From the NCBI GenBank assembly GCA_040772725.1, contig JAXGXR010000002.1, forward strand, positions 559,217 through 623,216: a stretch of DNA of 64,000 nt, given 5' to 3'. How positions within the stretch are numbered: the first letter of the stretch is position 1; every line of letters begins with the position of its first letter. Below, in pieces: positions 1-8,486 of this stretch. The notes below the pieces were generated by a model that saw only the letters and a list, made by a program, of their open reading frames with translations, ran no database searches and was not told where the DNA came from. Source of the stretch: Clostridia bacterium. GTDB taxonomy: Bacteria > Bacillota > Clostridia > Saccharofermentanales > UBA5734. The position numbers and the translations under genes were made by a program.

Positions 1-36
1 AACGAAAAGCACCCCGAACACGAGGTGCCTTGCGTT

Positions 37-94
37 TGGCGGAGAGAGTGGGATTTGAACCCACGGTACGCTCACACGTACGCCGCATTTCGAG
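37..94 (-). pseudogene. 3' segment (anticodon loop through CCA) of a split host tRNA-Ser(CGA)
   Basis: rc reads CTCGAAATGCGGC..GTACG..CGTAC..GTGGGTTCAAATCCCAC TCTCTCC GCCA. It has a T-arm, a long variable arm and a 3' acceptor strand. It pairs perfectly with the 5' segment at 14664..14695 and ends abruptly at TTTCGAG (88..94). Confidence 0.85.
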
Positions 95-291
95 ACGTTC
101 ATTTCATTCATAAGATAATCACCTTTAGTCGACTTTAGTGGAAGATACCGGAACCTACAAACGCAGTATTATCAGGTGTCCTGGACGATAAAAACTCAAA
201 AAAGCCTCGAAACCCATGAGTTCGAATGGGTCCCGGAAATGCCCAATTTTAGGTCAAAAAGTTGATTTTTTTGCAGAAAAGAGAGAATTCA

Positions 292-366
292 GGAGAGAAC
301 TAATAGGAATTGAATCGCTTGAAAACAAATCCTTTCAGAGGATGAATTATTTTTTTAGGAGAGAAC
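292..366 (+). promoter_or_regulatory. Candidate integrase arm-type sites (2 x GGAGAGAAC) in the left arm
   Basis: GGAGAGAAC occurs at 292..300 and 358..366. The same 9-mer recurs in the right-end units at 14359, 14372 and, degenerate, at 14550 and 14563. Confidence 0.4.
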
Positions 367-444
367 AAGACACCAATTTAAGCCATTTCTCGAAAAAATG
401 GGCTTCACCTGCCGTTGACAGACAGAAAAGGAAGGGTGAAATCC

Positions 445-1020
445 ATGAAGAAAAAAAGCAAATATCAACTTCTCTATAAGCTGTATCCGCCTGTTATAAC
501 CAAGGATCAATTTTACAGAATCTGTAACATCAGCAAGAAAACTGCTGCCCATTTGCTGGACAACGGTCTGGTCCCCTGTGTGAACAGCGGCAAGAAAACA
601 AGGAAATACAAAATCAATTTGGAGGACGTCATCGAGTATTTGGAATCAAGAGAAAAAGATCCCGGACGATATGCTGCCCCATCCGGATGGTACAAGACCT
701 ATGGTAAACCTGATGAGAAGGATTTCTTGATGACACCTGCGAATATCCGAAAAATCAGTGCTCATTATCTAAAGAAGCTATCCAAGTATCCAGATGTTCT
801 TAGTGTCAATCAGTTGTCCAGCCTTACTGGGTATTCAACCACTACCCTACTTAAATGGATCAATAAGGGCGCAATTAAACACTTGGATATGGGAAATCGC
901 TATTTAGTACCAAAGGAATGGCTGCTCGACTTTCTGTCTGGTCCAGAATTCATGAAGGCACGCATTCCTTCTAAATATGGAGAAGAACAGATCAAGAAAA
1001 TTTTTAAAAGCAAGGAATAG
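445..1020 (+). CDS. Tandem helix-turn-helix (excisionase/MerR-like) DNA-binding protein
   Basis: RBS aaggaagggtg precedes ATG 445. Two HTH-like segments are present (ITKDQFYRICNISKKTAAHLLDNGLVP and LSVNQLSSLTGYSTTTLLKWINKGAIK). It is the first gene inside the left att junction. A hairpin plus T-run follows at about 1105..1135. Confidence 0.6.
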   Translation: MKKKSKYQLLYKLYPPVITKDQFYRICNISKKTAAHLLDNGLVPCVNSGKKTRKYKINLEDVIEYLESREKDPGRYAAPSGWYKTYGKPDEKDFLMTPANIRKISAHYLKKLSKYPDVLSVNQLSSLTGYSTTTLLKWINKGAIKHLDMGNRYLVPKEWLLDFLSGPEFMKARIPSKYGEEQIKKIFKSKE

Positions 1021-1183
1021 GAATACTCAAAGTGGTATATGCGAGAGGATGTCGGCATCAGAGCACTAAATAACGTCTACAATAACTGAGAAAAATCTCG
1101 ACATTAAACCGTCATATTCATGTTGTGACGGTTTATTCTTGAAGATTACTGCCCATACGCCGAAGAAAAAGTGTAAAACCTTC

Positions 1184-1238
1184 TTGACAGTGTGCGATTC
1201 TAGAATTATTATTAGTGTAAAGATATCTTTACACTAAT
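1184..1238 (+). promoter_or_regulatory. Promoter (TTGACA-N17-TATTAT) plus a 28-bp perfect palindromic operator
   Basis: ttgaca at 1184..1189, a 17-nt spacer, then tattat. ATTAGTGTAAAGAT|ATCTTTACACTAAT (1211..1238) is a perfect 14+14 palindrome that abuts the RBS of the XRE gene. Confidence 0.6.
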
Positions 1239-1244
1239 AGGAGC

Positions 1245-1466
1245 GTGTTGACTTTGCCAGTTCGAAACAGAATACAAGAAATACGGCTCGAACGAAAAAT
1301 TAGCCAAGTCAAGATGGCTGAGGATCTTAATGTGACCCGACAGACAATAAATGCCATTGAAAAAGAGCGTTATAATCCCAGTCTTGAGTTAACCCTAAAA
1401 ATCATCGAGTATTTTCAACTTCCGATTGAAGCAATATTTTATCTTGAGAAAGGTGATGCAGAATGA
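1245..1466 (+). CDS. XRE-family HTH transcriptional regulator
   Basis: The sequence RLERKISQVKMAEDLNVTRQTINAIEKERYNPSLELTLKI is a classic Cro/C1-type HTH. RBS aggag sits at 1239. Confidence 0.85.
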   Translation: MLTLPVRNRIQEIRLERKISQVKMAEDLNVTRQTINAIEKERYNPSLELTLKIIEYFQLPIEAIFYLEKGDAE

Positions 1467-1876
1467 ATAAAAAATATTCCATTTTACTATGGATCATAAT
1501 TTTTTTCGGAATGGCAGCAGGAGCCGTTTTGGCTGTTTACCTCGATGAAGGTTTGAACAAACAAGCTATTATAGTTTTTGCACTTCCTTTGTTGATCGGA
1601 GTCAGCGCCGCTGCCCTGGCTTCTCAGTTTGTTAGCAAATATAAGAGCATTGAGAACAGGAATGGAAAAGCAGCGTCTTATGATGAACGGACCGTATATA
1701 TGATGCAACGATACTCCATGATCATGCTGTACGTTTCTCAATTCATCCTGGCCGGCACAGTGTTAGCTCTTAAGATTATGAAAATTGAGTTTATCCCTGT
1801 AGATATTGCTTTACTAGGACTTTTCGGATTTATTGTGATTAATGGCCTTGGAATTATCATTATAAGGAGCAGATAG
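1463..1876 (+). CDS. Small multi-pass membrane protein paired with the XRE regulator (DUF2178-like)
   Basis: The start overlaps the XRE stop (ATGA). Four hydrophobic segments are present. The family assignment is from memory of the common XRE + membrane-protein pair. Confidence 0.55.
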   Translation: MNKKYSILLWIIIFFGMAAGAVLAVYLDEGLNKQAIIVFALPLLIGVSAAALASQFVSKYKSIENRNGKAASYDERTVYMMQRYSMIMLYVSQFILAGTVLALKIMKIEFIPVDIALLGLFGFIVINGLGIIIIRSR

Positions 1877-2027
1877 AAAAATCAAATCAAATGACCAAAT
1901 AAAGCTGTTTCTGTATTCAGATATAATTCTGGCTTTCAAAAAATCAAAATAACGCTGCCCGTTACTTTCAACGAAACGCCTTCCTCGCGAAGGTGTTTTT
2001 TGTTTCAACAAATATAAGGAGGTCGCT

Positions 2028-2369
2028 ATGAAAGAAACGTTTAATCATCGCTACAAGCAGGTCTGCCATCTGGCTGAAATGCAAGGCGAAGCCTTTGCCG
2101 AGGTAGTAACTGAATCCTTTGATGATCTGGATAGCCTGGGTGAGTTCGTCGATACCCTTTTCTACATGCATTCCATCACGGATGATGAGCAATTCGCTGT
2201 TTTCCTTGGGATGATGTACGAGATCATGGGCAGCCAGATGCCTGAAGAGATCGACTACCAAATTGTCATGGAACAGAGGCCCAGCATTTTTTACAGCTGC
2301 TTCCTGTCCTCATTCCTGACAGGAATTTTGAATCGGATCGGAGGTGATTTTCCTTGCCCTGTAATGTGA
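2028..2369 (+). CDS. Hypothetical protein (ICE-borne)
   Basis: RBS taaggagg precedes the ATG. An acidic 113-aa ORF with no family I recognise. Confidence 0.45.
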   Translation: MKETFNHRYKQVCHLAEMQGEAFAEVVTESFDDLDSLGEFVDTLFYMHSITDDEQFAVFLGMMYEIMGSQMPEEIDYQIVMEQRPSIFYSCFLSSFLTGILNRIGGDFPCPVM

Positions 2370-3175
2370 TCGCTATTGCCAATCAGAAAGGTGGAGTCGG
2401 CAAGACCACCACCTGCACCAATCTGGGCATCGGATTGGCCGCCGAAGGCAAGAAGGTTTTGCTTGTAGATTGTGATCCCCAGGGTAGCCTGACGATCAGC
2501 TTGGGGCATCCTCAGCCGGATCAACTACCGGTAACACTCTCCTCTATCTTAGGAAAAACCATGAATGACACAGCGCTTTCTCCACAGGAAGGCATCCTGC
2601 ATCATTGTGAAGGTGTGGATCTGATGCCCGCCAACATTGAGCTGTCCGGACTTGAGGTCTCGCTGGTCAATATTATGAGCCGGGAAAAGATCCTGAAACA
2701 GTATCATGATGATATTAAATCCAGCTACGAATACATCCTGCTCGACTGTATGCCTTCTCTCGGCATGCTGACGGTCAATACTCTGGCTGCCGCAGACAGT
2801 GTTCTAGTCCCTGTACAGGCTCAGTATCTGTCCGCCAAAGGCCTGGAGCAGCTACTTCAAACCATCAACAAAGTTCGCAAGCAAATCAATCCCAAGCTGA
2901 AGATCGACGGTATTTTGCTGACCATGGTAGATAACAGAACCAATGACGCCAAGGAAATCAGTGCTCTTTTGCGAGAAACCTACGGAACCAAGCTGACGGT
3001 GTTTGACTCGGTCATCCCCCACTCCGTCAGGGCGGCAGAGATTGCTTCCTATGGGAAAAGCATCTTCGCCCATGATCCCAAGGGTAAAGTGGCAGAAGCT
3101 TATAGAAATCTGACGAAGGAGGTGCTGAAGCTTGAAACCCAGCGGCAGAAATCTAAATCTGACCTCCTACGATGA
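2354..3175 (+). CDS. parA: ParA/Soj-family partition ATPase
   Basis: Deviant Walker A IAIANQKGGVGKTTT. Also LLVDCDPQGS. RBS ggagg lies 9 nt before TTG 2354. Confidence 0.9.
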   Translation: MPCNVIAIANQKGGVGKTTTCTNLGIGLAAEGKKVLLVDCDPQGSLTISLGHPQPDQLPVTLSSILGKTMNDTALSPQEGILHHCEGVDLMPANIELSGLEVSLVNIMSREKILKQYHDDIKSSYEYILLDCMPSLGMLTVNTLAAADSVLVPVQAQYLSAKGLEQLLQTINKVRKQINPKLKIDGILLTMVDNRTNDAKEISALLRETYGTKLTVFDSVIPHSVRAAEIASYGKSIFAHDPKGKVAEAYRNLTKEVLKLETQRQKSKSDLLR

Positions 3176-4058
3176 GATCTTTCAGACTGAAGAAACCAAG
3201 ATCGAAACATCCCAGGAGAAGGTCATCGATATTCCTTTGACAGATTTGCATCCGTTCAAAAATCACCCCTTCAAGGTGACAGATGACGAATCAATGCTGG
3301 AAACCGCCGAGAGCATCACCAAACACGGCGTCCTGGTGCCGGTCATTGCCCGTCCCCGTGAAGAAGGTGGATATGAGTTGATCTCCGGACACCGGCGCAA
3401 GCGTGCAAGTGAGCTGGCCGGTAAGGAGACTCTTCCTTGCATCGTCCGCAATCTCGACGATGACGCTGCCACCATCATCATGGTTGACAGCAATATTCAG
3501 CGTGAGAACATCCTGCCTAGTGAACGCGCCTTCGCCTATAAACTCAAACTGGAGGCGATAAAGCACCAAGGACGGAGGAACGATTTAACTTCTGACCAAG
3601 TTGAACACAAGTTAAAAGCTAGGGATGTTGTAGCAAAGGAAGCTGGAGAAAGCTCTGTTCAAGTCCAACGCTTTATCCGCCTGACAGAGCTCGTTCCTGA
3701 GCTGTTAGATATGGTCGATGCCAAGAATATCGCTTTCAATCCTGCTGTTGAGCTTTCCTACCTCATGCCTCATGAACAGGTCCAGCTGATGGAAGCCATG
3801 GACATGGAGCAGGCTACACCTTCCTTGTCTCAGGCTCAGCGCTTGAAGAAGTACAGTCAGGATGGCAAGCTGACCTTTGATGTTATGACCGCCATCATGT
3901 CTGAAGATAAAAAAGGTGAACTGGATAAAGTGACGCTCACCGGTGAGAAGCTCAAAAAGTATTTTCCTAAATCCTACACGCCCCAGCAGATGGAGGAAAC
4001 CATTATCAAACTGCTGGAAGGCTGGTCACGGAAGCGCCAGCAATCACAGGAACGGTAA
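3132..4058 (+). CDS. parB: ParB/Spo0J-family partition protein
   Basis: Motifs LISGHRRKRASELAG and IVRNLDDDAATIIMVDSNIQRE are present. RBS aaggaggtg is upstream. The gene overlaps the parA 3' end. Confidence 0.9.
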   Translation: MKPSGRNLNLTSYDEIFQTEETKIETSQEKVIDIPLTDLHPFKNHPFKVTDDESMLETAESITKHGVLVPVIARPREEGGYELISGHRRKRASELAGKETLPCIVRNLDDDAATIIMVDSNIQRENILPSERAFAYKLKLEAIKHQGRRNDLTSDQVEHKLKARDVVAKEAGESSVQVQRFIRLTELVPELLDMVDAKNIAFNPAVELSYLMPHEQVQLMEAMDMEQATPSLSQAQRLKKYSQDGKLTFDVMTAIMSEDKKGELDKVTLTGEKLKKYFPKSYTPQQMEETIIKLLEGWSRKRQQSQER

Positions 4059-4118
4059 TTCCCCTCCGAGGTGCTTCGATGAGAAGCGCTTTTTTTATTC
4101 AACCGGCCGAAGGGAGGG

Positions 4119-5303
4119 ATGCAAATGGCTGTATTTCGAGTTGAGAAAACGAGGGACTACACCGTTATGGCGAATCATCATCTGAAGAATAAGGATCTGT
4201 CACTGAAGTCCAAGGGGCTTCTATCTCAGATGTTATCACTCCCGGAAGACTGGGATTACACCCTCAAGGGGCTTTCTATGATCAACCGGGAGAGCATCGA
4301 TGCCATTCGGGAAGCGGTCCGTGAACTGGAACGGGCAGGATACATCGTCCGAACCAGAGAGAGAAATGAGTTTGGTCACCTTAAGGGTACGGATTACACG
4401 ATTTATGAAAAGCCTCACATGGCGGTAGACCACTCAGCAATCAGCGAGCCTATATCGGAGAAGCCAGTATTGGAAAGACCTATGTTGGAAAATCCAATCT
4501 TGGAGAATCCAGTGTTGGATAAACCTACGTTGGAAAATCCAACGCAATTAAATACTAAGAAAACAAATAAAGATCCATTAATGACTAAGGGATTAAGTAA
4601 ACATCCATCAATCCCTGATCCATCAAGAGAAGCCAAGATCGAGAAGGATGAGATTGGATTGGACGCTCATTCCATCAAGGAGGCCATCCAGGAGAAAATC
4701 GAATACAAGTTTATTGTTCAGCGTTATGACAAAGATCGTCTTGATGAAATCGTGGACCTGATGGTGGAGACTCTCTGTTCCAAGCGAGAATACATCACCG
4801 TTGCCGGGGATGATTATCCTGCATCATTGGTCAAGGAACGGCTGCAGCGCATCGACAGCACCCACATCGAATATGTCTTTGAATGCCTGGATAAAAACAC
4901 CACCTTCATTCGGAACATCAAGAAATACCTCCTGACGACGTTATTCAATGCACCATCCACCATCGACAGCTATTACACCGCTTCCTGGGGTGTTGATCCA
5001 ACTGAAAATACTGAGATTGCTGCTAAATACAGCAGGAAAGTATTCGATGCTGGCTACAATCCCATCTGTCCAATCCTGATGCTCTCAAACTTCATAGATG
5101 ACGGCATCCCCCAGGAACATAAGGACAGACAGGATATTGAGCTTGATTACCTGAGACGCTCCAATGTCCTGGTAGTATGCGGCTCTCGGATCGACGAAGC
5201 CGTGAAAAACGACATTGCCATTGCTGAGCGCTATCGAATTCCGGCAACTACTTTAAGCGGCATCCTGACCGTTAAAAGCCACGGTCAGAAGGCAACAAAA
5301 TAG
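4119..5303 (+). CDS. ICE replication-initiator-like protein (N-terminal wHTH, DUF6017-like middle) with an extra C-terminal domain
   Basis: The N-terminus FRVEKTRDYTVMANHHLKNKDLSLKSKGLLSQMLSLPEDWDY is typical of clostridial ICE Rep proteins. A peptide repeat PVLERPMLENPILENPVLDKPTLENPTQLNT follows. About 105 aa continue after DSYYTA. Confidence 0.7.
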   Translation: MQMAVFRVEKTRDYTVMANHHLKNKDLSLKSKGLLSQMLSLPEDWDYTLKGLSMINRESIDAIREAVRELERAGYIVRTRERNEFGHLKGTDYTIYEKPHMAVDHSAISEPISEKPVLERPMLENPILENPVLDKPTLENPTQLNTKKTNKDPLMTKGLSKHPSIPDPSREAKIEKDEIGLDAHSIKEAIQEKIEYKFIVQRYDKDRLDEIVDLMVETLCSKREYITVAGDDYPASLVKERLQRIDSTHIEYVFECLDKNTTFIRNIKKYLLTTLFNAPSTIDSYYTASWGVDPTENTEIAAKYSRKVFDAGYNPICPILMLSNFIDDGIPQEHKDRQDIELDYLRRSNVLVVCGSRIDEAVKNDIAIAERYRIPATTLSGILTVKSHGQKATK

Positions 5304-5457
5304 CTATGCGTATAGTCATTGTGACATCTCCGGCTCACCTGTGAAGAGCCTAATTGTAAGAATTTTAACCTATACCTTAATGGGTGTAATATAATACTTA
5401 TAAGTACGGAAGAATATGTTGCTATGAGAAAAATAATTTAGAAAGGAGAACTGAATA

Positions 5458-6084
5458 ATGAAAAAGAGAACGAAGCGACTTGTTGGTGTTATAGGATTTC
5501 TTCTCCTTACGGCACTTGCCTTCGTGTTCTATTTCTATATGACTTTTTCAGGTAACATCATTGAGCGATTCAGCCAGCAAAGAGCAATCATTAAGGCATA
5601 TGAAACAAGATATGATGAAGATTTTGAGATTGTAAGTTCAAGCTATGGTTATAAACGCAAGGAATTTTCATTCAGGATATCTTCAAAGAGTGAGCCTGAA
5701 ATAGTGTTCACTTCGACTCTGGATGAAGCGGACAGTATCGATCGATATGCGGCTGCCCGCAGTATAGATTATTTTCGTAAAGTCATATCTGAAGCATTTG
5801 GTAATGACTTTGATGATCTGCAATACAAAGTCAACATCTTTGAGGAGTACAATTCACCGGGTCTTCTCGAGCGTGACGTGACCACTCGCCTAAGCCAGAA
5901 CCAATATGTTGTTGATTTATCATGGGATCCGCCTGTCCTTGATACTTTGCAGGTTGATACCATTTTTAATGATATGACGCAACGGATCTCGGCGCGTCTG
6001 GATACATCCATTGGCGGGCTTAAGATCCGCGCTGGAGTGTATGACGGAAAAGATTACTATATCACTGAGGTTGATCTGAGGTAA
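5458..6084 (+). CDS. Hypothetical membrane-anchored or secreted protein (AT-rich cargo)
   Basis: RBS aaaggagaa is upstream. The N-terminal TM segment is LVGVIGFLLLTALAFVFYFYMTF. No recognisable family. Two hairpin/T-run terminators lie downstream (about 6124..6155 and 6203..6228). Confidence 0.5.
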   Translation: MKKRTKRLVGVIGFLLLTALAFVFYFYMTFSGNIIERFSQQRAIIKAYETRYDEDFEIVSSSYGYKRKEFSFRISSKSEPEIVFTSTLDEADSIDRYAAARSIDYFRKVISEAFGNDFDDLQYKVNIFEEYNSPGLLERDVTTRLSQNQYVVDLSWDPPVLDTLQVDTIFNDMTQRISARLDTSIGGLKIRAGVYDGKDYYITEVDLR

Positions 6085-6363
6085 TAATTAATGAGTAGGA
6101 CGGAAGGGCGAATGCATCTTAATGAACTGCCGTAACGAGGCCGGCAGTTCTTTTTTATCCTGACATAGTGAACACAGCTATAAAAAACATGATTGATATT
6201 CCAAACCACCTGAAAAGGTGGTTTTTTTAAATTAAATGGCATCCGGACCGTTAAAAACCACGGACAGTAGACCTCTAAATAGCATAATTCCTGATTATGC
6301 ACAAAACATTGGAAAAAAGGAATGTTTCGTGCAATTTCAAAAACAGAAAAGGAGAAGAAATCT

Positions 6364-6768
6364 ATGGACGTATTGATTGTTGAACCTGAAAAAGCGCCGC
6401 GTATGGCTAGTATCACCGGTGACCTGAACTCCCTGCAGCAGGTTGTCGGTGGCTACATCGAAGCCGTCTATCCCTATGATGACCCGGTTGCCATTGTCTG
6501 TCATGAAGAGGGCAAACTCATTGGCCCCCCCCTTAACCGAAAACTTGAGGACTACGACATTATCGCAGGAACCTTCATCGTCTGTGGGCTTGGCGAAGAG
6601 GATTTTGATTCCCTCACACCAGAACTGGCCGAGAAGTACCGCGAGAAATTTGCTGATCCTGAGATCTTCATGAAGATGGGCAGCAGAATCGTCGCCATCC
6701 CCATCAAACCCAAAGACGATCTGTATGTGGCCAAACCGAAACAGAAGTCCACGGAACCTGAACTTTAG
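6364..6768 (+). CDS. DUF3846 domain protein (common ICE/plasmid accessory gene)
   Basis: MDVLIVEPEKAPRMASITGDLNSLQQVVGGYIEAVYPYDDPVAIVCHEEGKL matches my memory of DUF3846 N-termini. Confidence 0.65.
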   Translation: MDVLIVEPEKAPRMASITGDLNSLQQVVGGYIEAVYPYDDPVAIVCHEEGKLIGPPLNRKLEDYDIIAGTFIVCGLGEEDFDSLTPELAEKYREKFADPEIFMKMGSRIVAIPIKPKDDLYVAKPKQKSTEPEL

Positions 6769-6886
6769 TTGCTTCAAAAATGAAGAAGCCTTCTCAAACG
6801 AAATAAATTTGAGGAGGCATTCTTTCATTAACAAGAATACTTAAACCATCCGCCTGATAAGTATTTTTGTAAAACTGACTTTCAAA

Positions 6887-7717
6887 TTAGAGACTTTTAA
6901 TCAATTCCCTGATAGCATCCAGGACATCTTCGTAAGTGATTCCATCCGCATACCTGTAATCCTTTGTGTACTTTAACCACCTGGATCTCAAGGCTTCACT
7001 ATCGCTGATTTCTTCCAGGCGTTTGCTTATGCTATTAAAAATGTGAGTCGTTTCCCTGTGTGTGGCCGTGGATCTCAAGGCTTCAACAAAAACGGAATAA
7101 TCAAAACTTTGGGTTTTCGTCAGGATATATACATCGTAAAAATCTCTGGGTCTTGTGTTCAACTCGCCTCGCCTCAAAATGGTTTCCACTTTTTCTGCTA
7201 AGACGGTCTCAATGTTATAAGCCCAAACACCAAAACTGCCTTCTTCAAAAATCATCTTGAACTCATATAGGATTTCCTTAGGAGTGATTGCATCCCCTGT
7301 AGTGATATCAATCTGCATGGGAGTCGTGATCGTATCGTATTCAGAAGTAATACTCACTCGATAGCCACCATAAGCATCATCGTCTCTAATGGCTTCGATT
7401 CCAGAAAACGAGAAAGACACGTCATCATCGATGACGATACTGCAGATATCATTAATAGCTTTGGTCAACGATTCAACATTGATGGGATAATTCTTGATCG
7501 TGGCATCCATGTCCATTGTTGCTCGGTTATCAATGCCGACAAGCGCTGCAATCAGCATTCCGCCTTTTAGGATGAATTTATCCTTGTACTTAGATTTAGA
7601 AAGCCTTTCTATGAACCGTTCAAACATGTAGTTTTGGAGTACGACCTGAGCGGACATATCCTTCTTCCTGGCCAAATTCCGAATTTTTGCCTTCAAGCTC
7701 ATGGCTTTTCCACTCAT
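6887..7717 (-). CDS. abiEii: AbiEii/AbiGii-family nucleotidyltransferase toxin (type IV TA / abortive infection)
   Basis: Contains QNYMFERFIERLSKSKYKDKFILKGGMLI...DMDATI (NTase fold motif). Overlaps the upstream antitoxin gene by 4 nt. Confidence 0.85.
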   Translation of the reverse strand: MSGKAMSLKAKIRNLARKKDMSAQVVLQNYMFERFIERLSKSKYKDKFILKGGMLIAALVGIDNRATMDMDATIKNYPINVESLTKAINDICSIVIDDDVSFSFSGIEAIRDDDAYGGYRVSITSEYDTITTPMQIDITTGDAITPKEILYEFKMIFEEGSFGVWAYNIETVLAEKVETILRRGELNTRPRDFYDVYILTKTQSFDYSVFVEALRSTATHRETTHIFNSISKRLEEISDSEALRSRWLKYTKDYRYADGITYEDVLDAIRELIKSL

Positions 7718-8316
7718 AGCAACACCTCCAGGTAATTTTTGAGTACAGCATCAATTCTGAGCTTTTTGGCATAATCCATGAGCATCGAGAGATCCGCTGA
7801 CTTCAATTTTACAAATCGTTTTAAGGCTTCATTCAGGATTTGGACGTCAATGCGATTTCTGCTTCTAATCAGGTCGCAGATTGTCCTTTCGATGTTGTAG
7901 GTCTTAATTGGATTGCCGTGCGAGCTTTGGACAGTTTCGACGCCAAGCTCATGAAGCTCCTTTTTGATGTAGTAGATTTTGAATCGTTCGGCCATTGACC
8001 CAACCACTTTATAACCGCTTGGTACAGAAGCTGAATACTCAAAGGGTGTCCGATCCGAAAGACCATGCAAATACAGAGCTGTTTCATGAGAATAGATCAG
8101 TTTCGGATACTTCGTTTGCATGGAATACATCTCATCTTCAATGGCATCGGTGGAAACATAAATACCACGATCAACTCTTTCCAGTTTCCCATCGGCTACC
8201 ATCATCTGAAGATAAGTTCTGGGAATTTCATATAAATCCAGATCGGCACTTAATACTGTGCCGTGTTGCTTCTGAATGAGTTTTTCAAGCTTTTCCAGGT
8301 AATTCATCATCATCAC
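7714..8316 (-). CDS. abiEi: AbiEi-family antitoxin / transcriptional autoregulator
   Basis: The N-terminal wHTH is HGTVLSADLDLYEIPRTYLQMMVADGKLERVDRGIYV. The gene is paired with abiEii. The true start is probably MNYLEKL (8304). Confidence 0.8.
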   Translation of the reverse strand: MMMMNYLEKLEKLIQKQHGTVLSADLDLYEIPRTYLQMMVADGKLERVDRGIYVSTDAIEDEMYSMQTKYPKLIYSHETALYLHGLSDRTPFEYSASVPSGYKVVGSMAERFKIYYIKKELHELGVETVQSSHGNPIKTYNIERTICDLIRSRNRIDVQILNEALKRFVKLKSADLSMLMDYAKKLRIDAVLKNYLEVLL

Positions 8317-8326
8317 CTCGCTTTAC

Positions 8327-8374
8327 AAGTATACTTATATTATAGTCCATTTAAGTATATTTGTAAATATACTT
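8327..8374. promoter_or_regulatory. Candidate AbiEi operator palindromes in the abiE promoter
   Basis: AAGTATACTT (8327..8336) is a perfect palindrome. AAGTATATTT-GT-AAATATACTT (8353..8374) is a 10-2-10 palindrome. Both lie directly upstream of the abiEi start. Confidence 0.5.
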
Positions 8375-8486
8375 TTCAATACAATGCACAACGTTTAAGG
8401 CCAACTTGATTGTTGCTGACCTAAGTTGTAGATAGCACAAACTGAGGTTTATAAAAATTTAGTACCACGTTAAGGAGGAATTTTTC

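Noticed and set aside
1-36. A hairpin (GCACC..GGTGC) with a T-run on the minus strand downstream of the tRNA-Ser 3' segment, a possible host terminator.
   Set aside because: It is plausible, but the stem is only 5-6 bp and it lies at the window edge. It is too weak to list as a feature and is mentioned only as support that the left flank is host DNA.
216-552. Small ORFs (87 aa on +, 65 aa on -) at the left end of the element.
   Set aside because: They have no RBS and a low-complexity composition. They overlap the att arm that holds the GGAGAGAAC repeats and the promoter region of the HTH gene.
4470-4560. Short nucleotide tandem repeat that could be mistaken for a CRISPR-like or minisatellite array.
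   Set aside because: It is in-frame inside the Rep ORF and encodes the xLENP peptide repeat. It has no spacers and no repeat-spacer periodicity.
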